Made by a program: the position numbers and the translations under genes
Shown: one piece after another, positions 1 through 14,094 of the stretch
How positions within the stretch are numbered: the stretch's first letter is position 1
Layout: each line of letters begins with the position of its first letter
Notes under the pieces: model-generated
The model's database searches: none
What the model saw: the letters and a program-made list of their open reading frames with translations, nothing else
What the model was told of the DNA's origin: nothing
Origin: Narcine bancroftii
Taxonomy: Eukaryota
DNA length: 64,000 bases
Direction of reading: 5' to 3'
NCBI RefSeq assembly: GCF_036971445.1
Contig: NC_091472.1
Coordinates: 27,838,001 to 27,902,000 of the forward strand

Positions 1-1960
1 TGTAACATCGCCTCAATGATTGTCTGCCCTCCTTCTCAATGGATGAGAGTCAGACCACAGGGCGATGGAGCGTGTGAGAGAAGAATGCGACTGGTCTGCC
101 AGCTTGGTTGAGAAGGACCACTAGGGTGAAATCAAAAAGGGGTGGACTCATCCACAGCATGCATTTTTTCCTGGGTGATGTTCTCTTTGATGCGGATGAA
201 GACCTCCTGAGCTTCCACTTCGAGTGGAAAGGACATGGCTTTCACCAGGCGTTGGGCCTTGTCAGTGTAATTGGGCCAACCTCTTCAATGCCTTGAGGGT
301 GTGAGGTAGAGGGAGTTCCATCAGGGGGCACATATGGTCGGGGTCTGGCCCAATGGCACCATCTTCCACAATGCAACCGAAAATAGCCAGGCGTGATGTG
401 CTGAACTCACAATTTGCTTTGTTATAAGTGAGGTTGAGTGCCTTGGCCATCATGGTCCTGCATGTCATGGCCGCAAATGGTCACATTAACCAAGAATGGT
501 CTACCATCTTGGCCATTTCCCCTTGGAAAGTGGAAACCCTATTGGTAACCCTGAAAGGGACCCTTAGGAAGTGGTAGAGGCAACTGTCCACCTTGAATGC
601 TGTATACTGACAGTCCTCTGGGTGAATGGGGAGTTGGTGATATGTTGATTTTAAATCACTAGTGGAGAACACCCAGTATTGGGCGATCTGATTCACCATA
701 TTGGTAATGTGGGGAAGTGGGTATGCATCCAGCTGCATGAAGCGGTTTATGGTTTGACTGTAGACAACAGAATTTTTCCCTGTTCTTGTCCACCACAACC
801 TGGGCCATCCAGGGGCTTGTGCTCGGTTCTATGATCCCTCAGCCAGCAGCCGTTGGACCTCTGATTTGATGAATGCCCTGACCCCTGTTCTATATCTCCT
901 GCTTTTGGTGGAAATCGACTTGCTAATGGGGGTGAGATTAATGAACAGGGGCAGGGGACTACCAAGAGGGTGGACAGCCTGTAGGTCAGGCATTGTGGGT
1001 GGGTCACAGTGCGCCAATTGGTCAAGTGTGGAGGGGAGGGTGGGCTGTTTAAAAATTGGTGGTTGTGGACAGTGAGAGGAAGATGGAGTCCATCAAATTC
1101 CAAAGTGATGCTGTTGAGGTGGCCCTGGAAGGCCAAATCCAGGATTACCGGCGCGCAGAGCTGGGACATGACCAACAGTTTAAAATGGTCATAAATAGTG
1201 CCCTGTACAATTCATTATACCATGCAGTAGCCCAGAGTCTCAGCTGACCAAGACCTGGATGTCAGGGATGGATATCTTGCAACTGGATGGACTCACCACA
1301 AGTGAGCACACCACGTCAGGGTGCACAAAACCTTTGATGCTGCCGCTGTCAAACAGGCAGGTAATGGGGTGTCTGTTTATTTTGACCTCCATCATCGAGT
1401 GAGTGAGTTGGTGAGAGCTGTGCTGATTGAGTGTAATGGAAGTCGTAGTCGGAATTACTGTCAGTATTGTACAGATGAGATGATGCCTATGGCCTGGGCT
1501 GCGAAGATGGCAGCTTCCACGGTGTGCACGTGGTGCTGTTGTTCTGGGATGGAAGTGACTTTGGCCAAGATGCTGCCCCCACTGTCTCCACACGACACTG
1601 CTTGGGAGAGGGGATCTGCACTTAGGTACTTTAGCATCGTGGGCTTTCTTCCCACACCCTGAGCACACTGCTTCTTTGGCTGGACAGTGCTTCCAGGGAT
1701 GCTTTGGTTGACCGCAGTAGTAGCATTTCAGCAGCTCGGCGGTGGCGGCAGTGAGGTTGGGGAACTCCAATGCTGCAGCAGATTGGGACCCCTGTGTCCC
1801 AAGATGGCAGCACCTGTGTTCCCCATGAGGCAGCCATGTTGTCGGATGCGAAAAAGTCCAATTTACCAAGAGCTACATCCAGCGTTTTGGCGACCTTGAC
1901 AGCCCTTTCCAAGGTTATTTCATTGAATTCCAAGGGGGCCCAGCCATACATATGAACCAT
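1..1960 (-). mobile_element. Decayed Ty3/Gypsy LTR retrotransposon internal region (gag zinc knuckle, protease, RT, start of RNase H); continues past the window edge
   Basis: Minus-strand ORF fragments: CYYCGQPKHPWKHC (CCHC knuckle), CLFDSGS (aspartic protease), YSQTINRFMQLDAYPLP...DLKSTYHQLPI...YTAF...RVPF (RT). Many frameshifts. Confidence 0.92.
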
Positions 1961-2519
1961 ACGAATACACAGTGCCAGTAATCAAGTAACAGTATACAAT
2001 GGTGTATCACCACAGTCTCTGAGTCTTTCAATTTCAACTGGGCTCTGCAGCTCCCAGTCACACCCGGATGCCTCACCCCAGCTCTGCTGCATCACATTTG
2101 GGTCCTTGTCCTTCTATTTCAGGAACCCCAGCGATGACCCGAAGAAAATTGAAAACTGCCAGCCGCCATGACACGTGGCTCAACCCCTTCCCTAGGCTCC
2201 ATTTCCTTTATTGATCGAGTCCTTCACAAATCCTCAGCATCCGCGTGAATCAGCTCCTGTTTGGCGCTTTCACCTGCATCTCATGACTCGCTGCAGTTCA
2301 ATGTCCAACTTCATTGAACCAAAAGGTAAGAATGGGTCCAGCATCTATGCTTCATTTGCAACAACTGTAGCTGAGAAAAGCCGCAGCAGACCTGGTCCGT
2401 ACCGCCATTTTGTCCTGTGCATGCTAAAAATGAGATAGCATTTCTCCAGGACCACGGAACATATTTACATAAATATAAGTTAGAATAGAAGTTAAAACGC
2501 ATTAAAATATTAAGACGTA

Positions 2520-4175
2520 TACAGTAACAGTCCAGGGTACCCTATCCCCAAATGTTATGGGAATTCAGGAGTCTGATGGCTTGGTGGGGGGAAAGCTATT
2601 GCCCAATCTGGATGTAAAGACCCGAGTGCTGTAGTACCTCCTACCAGATTGCAGAAGGGAGAACCATTTACATGAGAGCTGTGTGGAGTCCTTCACAACG
2701 TTTATTGCCTTTTGCCTGCATAGAATGTGGTAGATGTCCTTCATGGTTGGAAGAGAGTCCCCAGTGATCTTTTGTGTTGACTTCACTATCCTCTGCAAGG
2801 TCTTGTGGTCCGAGGTGGTACAGCTTCCAAACCAGGCAGTGGTGCATTTGCACTGGATACTGTCGATACATTCTCTGTAGAAAGTAGTGAGGATGGAGGG
2901 TGGGAAATGAACTTTCCTCAGCCTTTGCAGGAAGTTGAGGTGCTGCTGGGCTTTCTTGTCTATGGAGCTAGTGTTAAGGGAACAGCTATCTTGAAGTCAA
3001 CAACCATCTCCTTATGTTTTATTAATGTTCAAATACAGGTTATTGGCTGAGCACCAGTCCGTAAGCAACTGTATCTCATCTCTGTACGCTGACTCATCAT
3101 TCTTACTGATCAAGCCCACCATGGTTGTGTCATCAGCGAACCTGATGATATAGTTCAAGCTGTGTTTAGCTGCACAGTCGTGGGTCAACAGAGTGACAGC
3201 AGTGGACTCAGCACACAGCCTTGGGAGTTCCCCATGCTCAATGTGATGGTCTTGGAGATGCTGTTACTAATCCGGTCTACCTGAGGTCTCCCCAACAGAG
3301 GGAGGTGCTTAGACCCAGCAAACTCAATGCCCTTATCAGGTACTGTGATTTGATTGTATTGAATGCCGAGCTGAAATCAATAAACGGCATTCGAACATAC
3401 AATTCCTTGTTTTCCAGGTGGGTGAGGGCTAGATAGAGGGTAAAAGGGGGTTTAGTGATGGGCGCAGCAGGAGCTTGATGTGCCCCATGATGAGCCTTTC
3501 GAAGCATTTCATGACAGTTGACATGAGTGTGGCAGGGGAGTAGTAATTGATTCAGGACACAGACGACTTCCTCGGTGCGGGGACAATGGTGGCAGCTTTG
3601 AAGCACGTTGGGACCACAGCGTTTCTCAGGGAGGTGTTAAAGATGTCGGTGAGAACATCCACTCTGCTGGGAATGCTATTTGGTCCAACACCTTTTTATG
3701 GGTTGACCTTGCTTAGATCTCTCTTCACACTGGCCACTGCAAGACACAGCACATGGTCATTTGGAGGAGAGACGGTCTTCTTCGCTGCAATGTCGTTTTT
3801 CACTTCAAAACATGTGTAGTTGTTCAGTGTATCTGGGAAGGTGGCATCACCGGCACAGGCACATGGTGTAGTCTTGTGGTTGGCGATATCTTGGATCCCC
3901 TTCCACATGAGTCGTGTGTCCTTGCTGTCCAGGAAGTGACTGTGAATGCACTTGGCATGTGCATGCTTGGCTTCCCTGATGGCCTTAGACAACTTGGCTC
4001 TTGGAATAGCTAGGGCTACATTGTTGTGCGTTCTGAAGGCCACGTTGCTGTTCCTGAATAGCACGTGCACCTCCGTTGTCATCGTGGCTTCTCATTGGAT
4101 GGTCTTGGGAACAGTGACGTCTTCTGAACATTTATTGATGTAGCTGGACATTGATAGCGTTTACTCCTCAAGGTT
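2520..4175 (-). mobile_element. Decayed Rex1/Babar-type LINE (RT and 3' end)
   Basis: Fragments LQRIVKSTQKITG...FSLLQSGRRY...[36 protein letters not shown] and AIREAK...WKGIQDI are typical of Rex1-like RT ORFs. Confidence 0.88.
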
Positions 4176-5719
4176 GCATAAGTAGTAATATGGGTTGATG
4201 GTTTACAGAGGAGAGAGTCCATGGCAGAGAGAAGAAGGGTTGTGTATTGGGTGGTTGGGCTGTGACCAACAGCTAGATTATTGGTCTCAGAGGTTGGTGA
4301 GCCAGTTCATCAATAGTTGGAGGGGGGGGGTGCGGAATTAAGTCAAAAAAATGTAGGAGGTGTATATGGGTTTTGGCTCAGAGACTTGAGTCATCAGCAG
4401 GGGGTTTATCCATGAGGTTTGGGAGGTTCATGGTGAGGTTTTACTAAAAGGCTCAGGAGGTCAAAAGGGGGGCTGGACTGATAACTTCAAATGGTCTGTT
4501 GATGAATCAGGGTGGGAGAATGATGTTCCGGAAAGTGGAGGGTAGTTCGGGCTCTGTGCTTTTGCTTTCCATGAAGCCCAAGGTGGACCACGCTATTTAC
4601 TTTTCATTGATCCAGTCTCCTAAATAGAACCCACTGATCTCATAAATTTCTGTTCCTGAAAAATTTTAATTAGAATGAGAAGGAATGGAAGATAAAATTA
4701 AGAGAAAATAGACATAAACAGAGCAAATTAGTATTTGTTATTTTTATTATTCCCAAAAATTCAGTCTGAAAGATTAAAATTCAAACTAAAATAAATGAAT
4801 AGATTTAGCTTCAGGATTTGTGAGGTTGATTCCAAGTCATTAATAATGATCAGTCATTAAAAGTGGATTGAGACCTATAACTAGTTGATAACCTTCTGCA
4901 CAGTGTTTGCTGGTCAATTAATATAAAAAACGGAGGAATGAATGAAATGGTTAAGGCCAAGATTCTGCTTTGTGTAGCTATCAGTGGAATTCCATACATC
5001 AGCTCATGATTAGCAATTGAATATTATCTCATTCCCTCCTTTGAAGTTGCCATCTGAATGGAATTTAAAAAAAGATGTGCATTGTAGCGAGACCTCTCAT
5101 TTTCTCAAAGTAAAATCTGAAGTGGGGATGTTTAAATTGGGCTTACTGTGGGAATGTTCTAGCATGGGCTTAAAAACGGCAAATGATATTAACACAACAT
5201 CTCCAACCAGTGGCAAAATAAATGTCTTTGATTGATGTTCGATGACAGAGCTTCTGTAAACTCACCACCTTCAATATTCTGGAGGGGTACTATTGATTGA
5301 AAACTCAACCGACCCAGCCTCATTGATACTGTGGCCATGAGAGGAAGTAATTTGCTGGATATACAGCAGAAATTGATTGATCTCCTGACATTCTAAAGCC
5401 TTTACCTTGACATAAATTTGGAGTGGAATTTACGGAATACAGAGCAGTATCTAGAGCAGTGTAACTCGAACAATAATGAGGAAGCTCAGCCCCAAATGTG
5501 TCCAAAGCAGTTCCTTCCATTAGTATTCCTTTATCTACCACCCGAAACATTCCTTCTATCCACCACCAGTGGCACTGGCTCTGCAGCATATACAAAACAC
5601 TCTTGCTGTTAGTGGTCTGGTTTGCTTGGGCACAGAAATGCTGGAGGAATTCAGCCAATCTCGTACCCTCCATAGGAGGCAAAATTATATTACCGATATT
5701 TCTGCCTGATCCCTTGCTC

Positions 5720-6340
5720 AGGTTTCAGATTTATTGTCAGAGAACATACATAAAAACAATAACCCTGAGATTTCTTTTCCTGTGGCAGAATTACCACTAA
5801 TTGTTTGTGCAACACAAAAGAACTGTACACAGCATATACACACAAACAACTACTGTAAAGGACTGTAAAGAGATAACGAATGTAAACCATCTGACTATGC
5901 AATGCAGAGATAATAAAAAAGAAAAGAAAATCAATAAAGTGCACAATTAAGAATTTGTCATTGAGTCCAATGGTGGAGGGGTAAACAGATGTTCCTGAAC
6001 CTGGTGGTGTGAGTCTTATGGCACCTGTACCTCTTTCCCAATGGCAGCAGTGAGAACAGAGCATATGCTGGGTGGTGTGGGTCTTCGATGATTACTGCTG
6101 CTCTCCGACAGCAGAGTTCCCTGTAGATAAACTCCATAGTGGGGATGGCTTTGCCTGAGGTCCACTAGCATTTGGAGGGCTTTATGCTCAGGGGTATTGG
6201 TGTCTCCACCCCAGACCATGATACACATTCCATCACCCTCCTGTAGACATTTGCCAGGCTTTCTAATGTCATGCCAAACCTCCGCAAACTCCTGAGGAAG
6301 TAGAGGCGCTGACATGCCTTCTTCACGATGCCATTGGTGT
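5720..6340 (-). mobile_element. Rex1/Babar-type LINE 3' fragment
   Basis: Same 3' coding and UTR motifs as other copies (tttcagatttattgtcagag; gtacctctttcccaatggcagc). Confidence 0.75.
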
Positions 6341-6344
6341 GAGT

Positions 6345-6690
6345 GGAAAAAAAGTCAGATGTCTGAATTATAGACTGGGGGATATGTGGGAGGGGAAGGA
6401 GAATAGTCTAACAGACAAAAGATATTAGTTGGATATGATAAGGGGAAAAGTGAGGATTGATTACGGCTCTTATCATATCCAATTATCACCTTTTGTGAGT
6501 TGGTGTGAACACCTCCCCCTCCCATTTTCCCCCATTTCTTCCCTCAGCCTTTAATTCAGACACCTACCTTTCTCATTCACACCTAGGCTCAGAGCCTACT
6601 ATGAACACTGCTAGACCTGCTGAGTTGCTCCAGCATTTCTGTTTTTTGACTACCATCACAGCATCTGCAGACACCTAGGCTTCAGTTTAG
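6345..6690. mobile_element. Penelope-like element remnants
   Basis: gacctgctgagttgctccagcattt...acagcatctgcagac motif shared with other copies in the window. Confidence 0.55.
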
Positions 6691-7299
6691 TTTGCTTTGG
6701 CAGCAGCTTTAAAATATTACCTCTATCACAAAGAAGACTAGGTGCAGGTGGCCCATGGGCACTTTGTGTTTTGGTGATTCCTCTCGTATTCATATGTCAT
6801 CCTGATTGATAAGTTTATCACATCACTGTCACTGGATCTAAGTCCTAATGTCCACTCTGCGTGTAGTTGGACTGCAATTTGCCACCAGCTTTTCAAGGGC
6901 ATATACAGATTGGCAATAATTGCTGGCCTTGCCCACATTGCCAGATCTCAGAAATAAATAAATAACTAGATAGGCAAATGAATCTGATGCATTATTTTGT
7001 TGACTCCTCTTTCAACCTCTAAACATTGTCTGAAGCTAATTATTCCTCCATTCTGAGCTTCTCCCATATTCCTGATCTCCCATGTCTGGTGGTCATGTCT
7101 GGACGTTTTATGTGACATTCCTTTACTAAACACTTCTGCATTTTCCTCACTCCTACCTCTCCTCTTCCAGTTCTATCCCTCTTTTGTGAAATCTCTCATT
7201 AAAGCACACCCCCACTGACTAAGCATTTTACCCATTATTTGTTCTCTGTTTTGCTCAACATTCCTTTATGACCATTCATATGTGCAACAAATTTGAAAT

Positions 7300-8190
7300 T
7301 TTGTAACAAATGGAGGATGGATCATTAAGCTTGTAGATAACATGAAGACTGGAGAGGTGTGGATAGTGGAAAAAGGTTGGAGTAGGTTACAACAGGATGC
7401 AGAGTTAGACAGACAAATGGCAGATGGAGTTCAATCTGAATAAGTGTGAAGTGATGCATTTTGGAAGGTCAAACCTGAAAGCAGAGTACATGGTTAATGG
7501 CAGGATTCTCGAGAGTGTCGAAGAACAGATGAACCTTGGAGTCCAAATCCATATATCTCTCAAGGTGGCCACAAGGGTTGATAGGGTAGTTAAGAAGGCG
7601 TATGCTATGTTGAATTTCATGAGTTAGGGGGTTGAGTTCAAGAGTTGAGAGGTAATTTTGCAGATCTATAAAACTGCACAGACCACATTTAAAATATTGT
7701 GTTTAGTTCTGGTCGCTTCATTACAGGAAGGATGTGGAGCTATGGAGAGGGTGCAGGGGAGATTTACCAGGATGTTGCCTGGATTGAACATGTGATGCAA
7801 GGTTAGGAGAGCTGGGGTCTTTATCTTTGGAGTGAAGAAGGACAAGAGGTCTACAAGATTATAAGAGGCATAGATAGGGTGGACAACCAGCATCATTTTC
7901 CCAGGGCAGGAACAGCAAACACTGGAGGACATGTGTACAAAGTGAGGGGAGGTAAACTTAGGGGAGCCATCAGGTGTAAAGTTTTTTTACACAGAAAGTA
8001 GTGGGGTTTCTGGAATGCATTGCCATGGGTTGTGGTGAAGCCTACTACCATAGGGACATTTAAAAGACTCTTGCACAGGCTCATGGATGAAAAGGATTGT
8101 GAGCTGGGGAAGGATAGGCTTTTTTCAGTAGATTTATATAGGTCAGCACAACATCATGGGCCAAAGGGCCTGTGCTGTGCTATTGTGTTT
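7300..8190 (+). mobile_element. CR1 LINE 3' fragment
   Basis: WQMEFNLNKCEVMHFGRSN...LGVQIH...VDRVVKKAY, followed by a CR1-type 3' UTR. Confidence 0.9.
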
Positions 8191-9439
8191 TATGAAAAAC
8201 TTATGTGTTTAAATCAAAATCGTTACAGTTAATTTGTGATGAATTAGCTGCCAAACAAATGGACTTTGGCTATATTTGCAAACATGGCTCCAATAAAGTT
8301 CAAACATTCAGTGAATTTTGGTTCATTCTGGTGCCAAATATGACTCATCTTTTGACATGGTGCTTGTGTGCAACAGTAGCAATACGATTTGACCTTTGCA
8401 AGTTTTGGCTGGGCTTCTGCTTCTCATTCAAACCTCCGTCCTTGGGAACGATTGGTTAAAATGTATCAGAGCGGGGCAACTTGTAGGGAAAGCTGTGAAT
8501 TAGATTTTTTTTCCCCCTCATCTGCCAGGCACAGTTCTCTTTGCAACACATGGTCAGAAGTGGAATTAACATGAACATGATAAGAGTGCATGGATGTTCT
8601 GAATTGTAGCCAATGAACATTGATGACGAAGAAAAAGTATGCAGAGGGGAAATACAAAACAACGAAGGAAAGGAAAGAGAGAGCAGAAGTAGATTGGAAA
8701 GAAAAATAAGAGATTCAAGATGAAGTTCACGATTCAGAAAAAGAAACATAAAATCTGATATTTTGAAATTTTTTTTCATTCCTCTGAGGTTAACTGGCAG
8801 CCCAGAATCATAAATCCTGAAGTGAAAACAATCCTTATGCAAAATGCCATCTTCTAAATACTGTCACCAGATTCAATTGTACTTCAGGCACAAGTCCAGT
8901 AATTTCTTAGCATTTGTTGCAAGATGGACCATGAGCTTTCAGTGGGCAGAATATATCGTAGTTATCTGATTTATATCTCTTTTAAAAAAAGAGGTTAAAA
9001 TCTCTGATTGTGAGCACCAAAGCGTGGCTCACTTGATGGATTCTCATGTCCGATTCAGGAGAACATGGTAAAAGATTCACTTCATGCATGGGGAAAAGGA
9101 TCCAGGCTACTCTTGGAGACATCCACTAAACTGATGTCCATCTGTCCTGTCAGACTGGTGCAGACAATCCAGTGGCTCTGTTCATAGAAGGGTGGGGAAT
9201 TCTGGCTAGTGACTGTATCCCAATTCAAATCAGACATCTGTGATGATTAGCAGCACCTCACTTATCGACTCCCTGCCAAGAACTGCTGAGCTGTTTACAT
9301 GCAGAAAACGACAGGAGCCATGAACTCACTTTACGCTTTATAGCAATTTCTTGACTAAGAAGAAGCTGAATTTAAAAAATGGCGTCATCGCTTATCACAA
9401 AGATTTTGGGGTCTTGATGCTTGAATCTCTTCAACAATC

Positions 9440-10115
9440 GGAATCAGGATTTATTGCCACGGACAAGTCACAAAATTTGTTGTTTTACGGCAGCAATCAC
9501 AGTGCAAACATTTATAGAAACCACCTTATAAAATTTAAACAAAACGTGCAAGAAAAAGTCCAACTAAGGCAGTGTTTGTGGTTCATTGTTCATTCAGTAA
9601 TCTGATGGCAGAGGGAAAGAAGCTGTCCTTGTGCTGCTGAGTGCTTGTCTTCTGGTTCCTGTACATTTTCCTGATGGTAGCAGAGTGAAGAGGGCATAGC
9701 CTGGGTGGTAATGGTCCTTCAGGATTGAGGCTGCTTTCTTAAGACACTACCTTTTGTAGATGTCCTTGATCCAGTGTAGGCTGGTGCCTGTGAAGTCACA
9801 GGCCAAGTTAGCATCCCTCTGGAGCTTTTTCTTGTCCTGAGTGTTGACACCTCCGTACCAGACAGTGATGCAACCAGCCATAATGCTCTTCACATTATAC
9901 TGTAGAAGATTTTGAGAGTCTTTGGCGATATACTGAACCTTCGCAAACTCCTCACAAAGTATAGCCACTGGCAAGCCTTCTTCATGATTGCATCGACATG
10001 GAGGCTCCAGGATTGATCCTCAGAGGTGTTGGCACCCAGGAATTTGAAGTTCTTGACTCTCTCCGCTGCTGAGCCCTCGATGAGGACAGGTTCGTGTTCT
10101 CCTGACTTCCGCCCG
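9440..10115 (-). mobile_element. Rex1/Babar-type LINE 3' fragment
   Basis: SIMAGCITVWYGG...KKLQR motif. Confidence 0.8.
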
Positions 10116-10124
10116 AAAAGTTAG

Positions 10125-10730
10125 TGGGCACAACCCAGGATATCACAGGTGAAACCCTACTCGAGAACATCTACTTGAAATGCTCTCATCAGAGAGCAGC
10201 ATCAATCATCAAGGGTCCACTACTGCAACCATCAGGAAAGACGTCTAGGTGCTACAAGACTCAGGAACAGCTGCTACCCCTCCACCATCAGACTCCTTTT
10301 AAGGATCTTACTTTTGCACTTCATTGATTTTTTTTTTCCTCTCAGATTGTGTACATTTTTTAAATTGTTTACATGTTTATGTTGAGTCTGTTTAAAAAAA
10401 AAATTAAACCTACAGCACGGTAACAAGTCCATGCTGCCCAATTGACACACAATTAATCTATACCCCCGGTACATTCAAATGGTAGGAGGAAACCAGAGTA
10501 CCTGGGGAAAACCCATGCGGTTATGGGGAGAATGTACAAACTCCTTACAGAGAGTGTGAGATTCGACCCCTGGTCCTGATGGCTGGCGCTGTAAAGGCAT
10601 TGGACGAACTGCTATGTCTGTCGCACTGCCCTAACTTATTTGCACTGCCAATAATTCTGCCTGGCCCGCATGGAAAAGAATCACAGGGTGGGATGTGATG
10701 TCATGTATGTTCTCTGACAATAAATCTGAA
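10125..10730 (+). mobile_element. Short Rex1-like 3' fragment interrupted by a SINE
   Basis: RAASIIK...LLQPSGK remnant. The 3' UTR ends ctctgacaataaatctgaaa, the reverse complement of the tail at about 5722. Confidence 0.6.
10408..10632 (-). mobile_element. tRNA-derived V-SINE (HE1-like)
   Basis: The reverse complement contains the V-SINE core gtaaggagtttgtacattctcccc...gcatgggttttcccc...ctctggtttcctcc. Confidence 0.8.
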
Positions 10731-12890
10731 ATGGTTGTAGAGGGCGGTTTATCAAACTGGAGGACCATGACCAGTAGAGTGCTTCAGGGTTCGGTATTTT
10801 GACCCTTGTTTTATGTAATGCATGTGGATAAATGATTCGTACAAGGATATCTGTGGCAAGGTAAGTTTTCTGATGACACAAAAATATGATGGGCAGAGAA
10901 GAAGGTTACCTTGGTATACAACAGGCCCAGATCAGATAGGGAACTGGGTTAAAGAATGTCAGATGCAATTCAACTCGAAGCAGTGCAAGGCCCTACCTTT
11001 GGGTGAATTGAACCAGGGCATAGTTTATTCTGTTAATGGCAGTGCCCTGAACAGTGTTATCGAGCAGAAGACCTTAGGGGAGCAGGTACATAGCTGTTTA
11101 GAGGTGGTAGCACAGGTAGACAGAATAATTAAAAAGGATTTAAGACATTTGCCTTCATTGGTTGGGGTATTAGAACATAGAAAGCTAAGCACAGTACAGG
11201 CCCTTTGGTTCTTGATGTTGTGCCAACCCATATATTCCTTAAAAAAATGTACTAAACCCTCCCTACCCTGTAACCCACCATCCCTGGCAAGGCATTCCAA
11301 GCACCCACAACTCTTTGCATAAAAAAATCACCCCTGATGTCTCCCCTAAACTTCCCTCCCTTCATTTTTTATGTAGGTCCTAGGTTGTTTGCAATTCATG
11401 CCCTGGGAAACAGGCACTGGCTCTTCACCCTGTCTATGCCTCTCATAATCTTGTAGACTTCTATTAAGTCTCCTCTCATCCTTCTATGCTCCAAAGAGAA
11501 ATATCCCAGCTCTGCTAACTTTGCCTCATAGGACATTTTCTCATCTAGGCAACATCCTGGTAAATCTCCTCTGCACCCTCTCCATACCTTCCACATCCTA
11601 TAATGAGGTGACCACAACTGTACACAATACTCTAAGTGTGGACTCACTAGAGATTTGAAGAATTGCAACTTGACCTCTCTACTGAACTCAATCCCCCTAT
11701 TAATGAAGCCCAGCATCCCATAGGCCTTTTTAACTATCCTATCAATCTGTGTGGCAACCTTGAGGGAGATAGGGATTTGAACCCCAAGGTTCCTCTATTC
11801 ATCCACACTCTTAACTAACCAATCATTAACCCTGTACTCAACCTTTTGGTTTGTCCTTCCAAAATACATCACCTCACACTTATCCAGATTGAAATCCATC
11901 TGCCACTTTTCCACCCATCCTCTTGTAACCTTCAACAACTTTCAGCTTCATCCACAACTCCTCCAACCTTCCTGTCATCTTCAAACTTACTGATCCCTTC
12001 TTCTGTCTCTTCATCTAGGTCATTTATAAAAATTACAAAAAGCATGGGTTCCAGAAAATAGCCTTGCGGCACTCCACTAGTCACTGACCTCCAGGAAGAA
12101 GACTTTCCTTCCACTACTATTCTCTGTTTTCTTCCTGCAAGCCAATTGTTTCATCCACACAGCTGAGGTTCCACTGATCCCCTGCCTCATGACTTTCTGG
12201 ATGAGTCTCTCATGGGGAACTTTGTCAATTGCCTTACTAAAATCAATATAGACCACATCTTTTGTACCTCCTCATTTAGGCTTGTGAGGCATGACTTTCT
12301 CTTTAAAAAGCCATGCTGACTGCCCTTGAGAAGACTGGACTTCTCCAAATGCTCAGAGATCCTATCCTTAAGAATCTTCTCTAACAGTTTGCACAATTGA
12401 ATACAAGTGTTGAAGTGGAACAGGACATGGTGAGGCCATTCTTGGAACATTGTATGCAGTTCTAATCATCTAGCTATAGGAATGTTATGATAAAGTTGGA
12501 AAAGGTGGAAAGTTGTTGCTAAGGTTAGGGAAGTTGATTTATCGTGAGAGACTGGAAACAATAGGCCTGTTACTCTCAGAGCATAGGAGGTTATGAGACG
12601 ATCTGATTGAGGTGCATAAAATTACAAGGGCAAAGATAAGATGAAGAGTGACAGTCTTAGATTTTGTAAAAGATGTGAGGGGATAGTTCTTCAGTCAGAT
12701 GGTGGTGGGTATATGGACCGCGCTGCCAGACAAAATGGTAGAGGCAGGTACATTAACTTCAGTTAACTAATGCTTGGATAACTACATGGTTGGGAGAGGC
12801 TTGTAGGGGTATTGGATTGAGGTGGGCAAGTGTGTATAAAGCAGAAGGGTCAAGCCTGTTTCCGTGCCATAAACTCCTATGACTCTATGC
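10731..12890 (+). mobile_element. Old CR1 fragment split by an antisense CR1 insertion
   Basis: CR1 RT C-terminus (QMQFNSKQCKAL...QVDRII) stops at about 11171 and resumes at about 12395 (attgaatacaag). Confidence 0.8.
11172..12394 (-). mobile_element. CR1 LINE fragment nested in the opposite orientation
   Basis: [11 protein letters not shown]...[11 protein letters not shown]; LGFINRGIEF...HLEYCVQLWSPHY; RGDLIEVYKIMRG. Confidence 0.92.
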
Positions 12891-12954
12891 CACACAATGC
12901 AGATTGTATTTGTATCCAACATTGTATCACACCATTCACAGAGTAATGTTCACA

Positions 12955-13029
12955 CTGGCATTAACATCGACTTCCCCAGTTTCCATAAGGAACCCCCCAC
13001 CCCTTCTTCTTCCCCTCTCCTTCCCTCTA

Positions 13030-13099
<70 letters not shown>

Positions 13100-13412
13100 C
13101 CCCCCCCCTATATTCCTTCTGTCTCCTTTCACAGAGCCAAAATCAATTATCATCTTTCCTCTTATCATATCTAGTCAACACCTTTTGGCGGTTGGCCTGA
13201 ACTCTACACCCCTACCATTTTTCCTCCTTAATCTCTAGTCTTTAATTAAGATGCCTGCCTGTTTTGTGCTTGTACTTTGAAGAAGGGTTCAGGCCTGAAG
13301 CGTTGGTAATGTATCTTCACCTCATCTCGTGCTGTGAGATCTGTTGAGTTCCTTCAGCATTTCTGAGTGTTTTTAATACAATCTCAACATTTGGAAACTT
13401 TTGTGTTTCACT
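12955..13412 (+). mobile_element. Penelope-like element 3' remnant with internal (CT)n microsatellite at about 13033-13098
   Basis: ggcattaacatcgacttc (GINIDF, end of the GIY-YIG ORF), a pyrimidine tract, then the ttgaagaagggttcaggcctgaag motif. Confidence 0.7.
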
Positions 13413-13469
13413 CAATTTTCACTCTGGAGCAATTGAAGAGGTTCGGTTATGAAGACAGTCCATCTTTTA

Positions 13470-13800
13470 GGGCAGCACTGTGCCACAGCTAGTAGAACTG
13501 TTGCCTCACTGTTCTAGTAACCTGGGTTCAGTCCTGATCTTTGGTGCTGTCTGCCTGGAGCCGGTAGATTCGCCCCATGACTCTGCATGGATTTCCTTCA
13601 CATGCTCTGGCTTTCTGCAATCTCCAGAAGACGTGTAGGTTAATAGACTACACTTTTTCTCCAAATTGCCCCAAGTGTGGAATTCAGAGGTAGAATGATG
13701 AGGCAATTGATGGGAATGTGGGGAAAATTGGATCCAGGGAAAATTGGTACAGGAATGTGATTGGCCTGTGACTTGGCCTCAGGTGGATGGGATGAAATAA
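13470..13800 (+). mobile_element. V-SINE (HE1-like), diverged
   Basis: tRNA-like head with B-box-like gggttcagtcc, followed by a diverged V core. Confidence 0.7.
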
Positions 13801-14094
13801 TCTCCTTGGTTCATGAAGAAATACAAACTTCAAGCATCTCCTGTTTGCTGGCACTAACTCTATCCATTCAATCCAATGACAGGAGTTCGTGGATGGAAGG
13901 CATTTGGCTGGGCCCAGTGGTATATCGCACATTGCCTTGGATCTCCTTCACAATATGTCACTGGCAGGCATCCTCACTAATATCCCCATGCACTTGATGC
14001 CTTAATGTCAAGACAGTTGACATCTTTAGGTGAGAAACCCCAGCAAGTTGCCTGTTTGGGGAAATATGCCACTCAGCATAAAATACATGTGATA

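Noticed and set aside
13470-13560. tRNA gene
   Set aside because: It is the tRNA-derived head of a V-SINE, with no intact cloverleaf.
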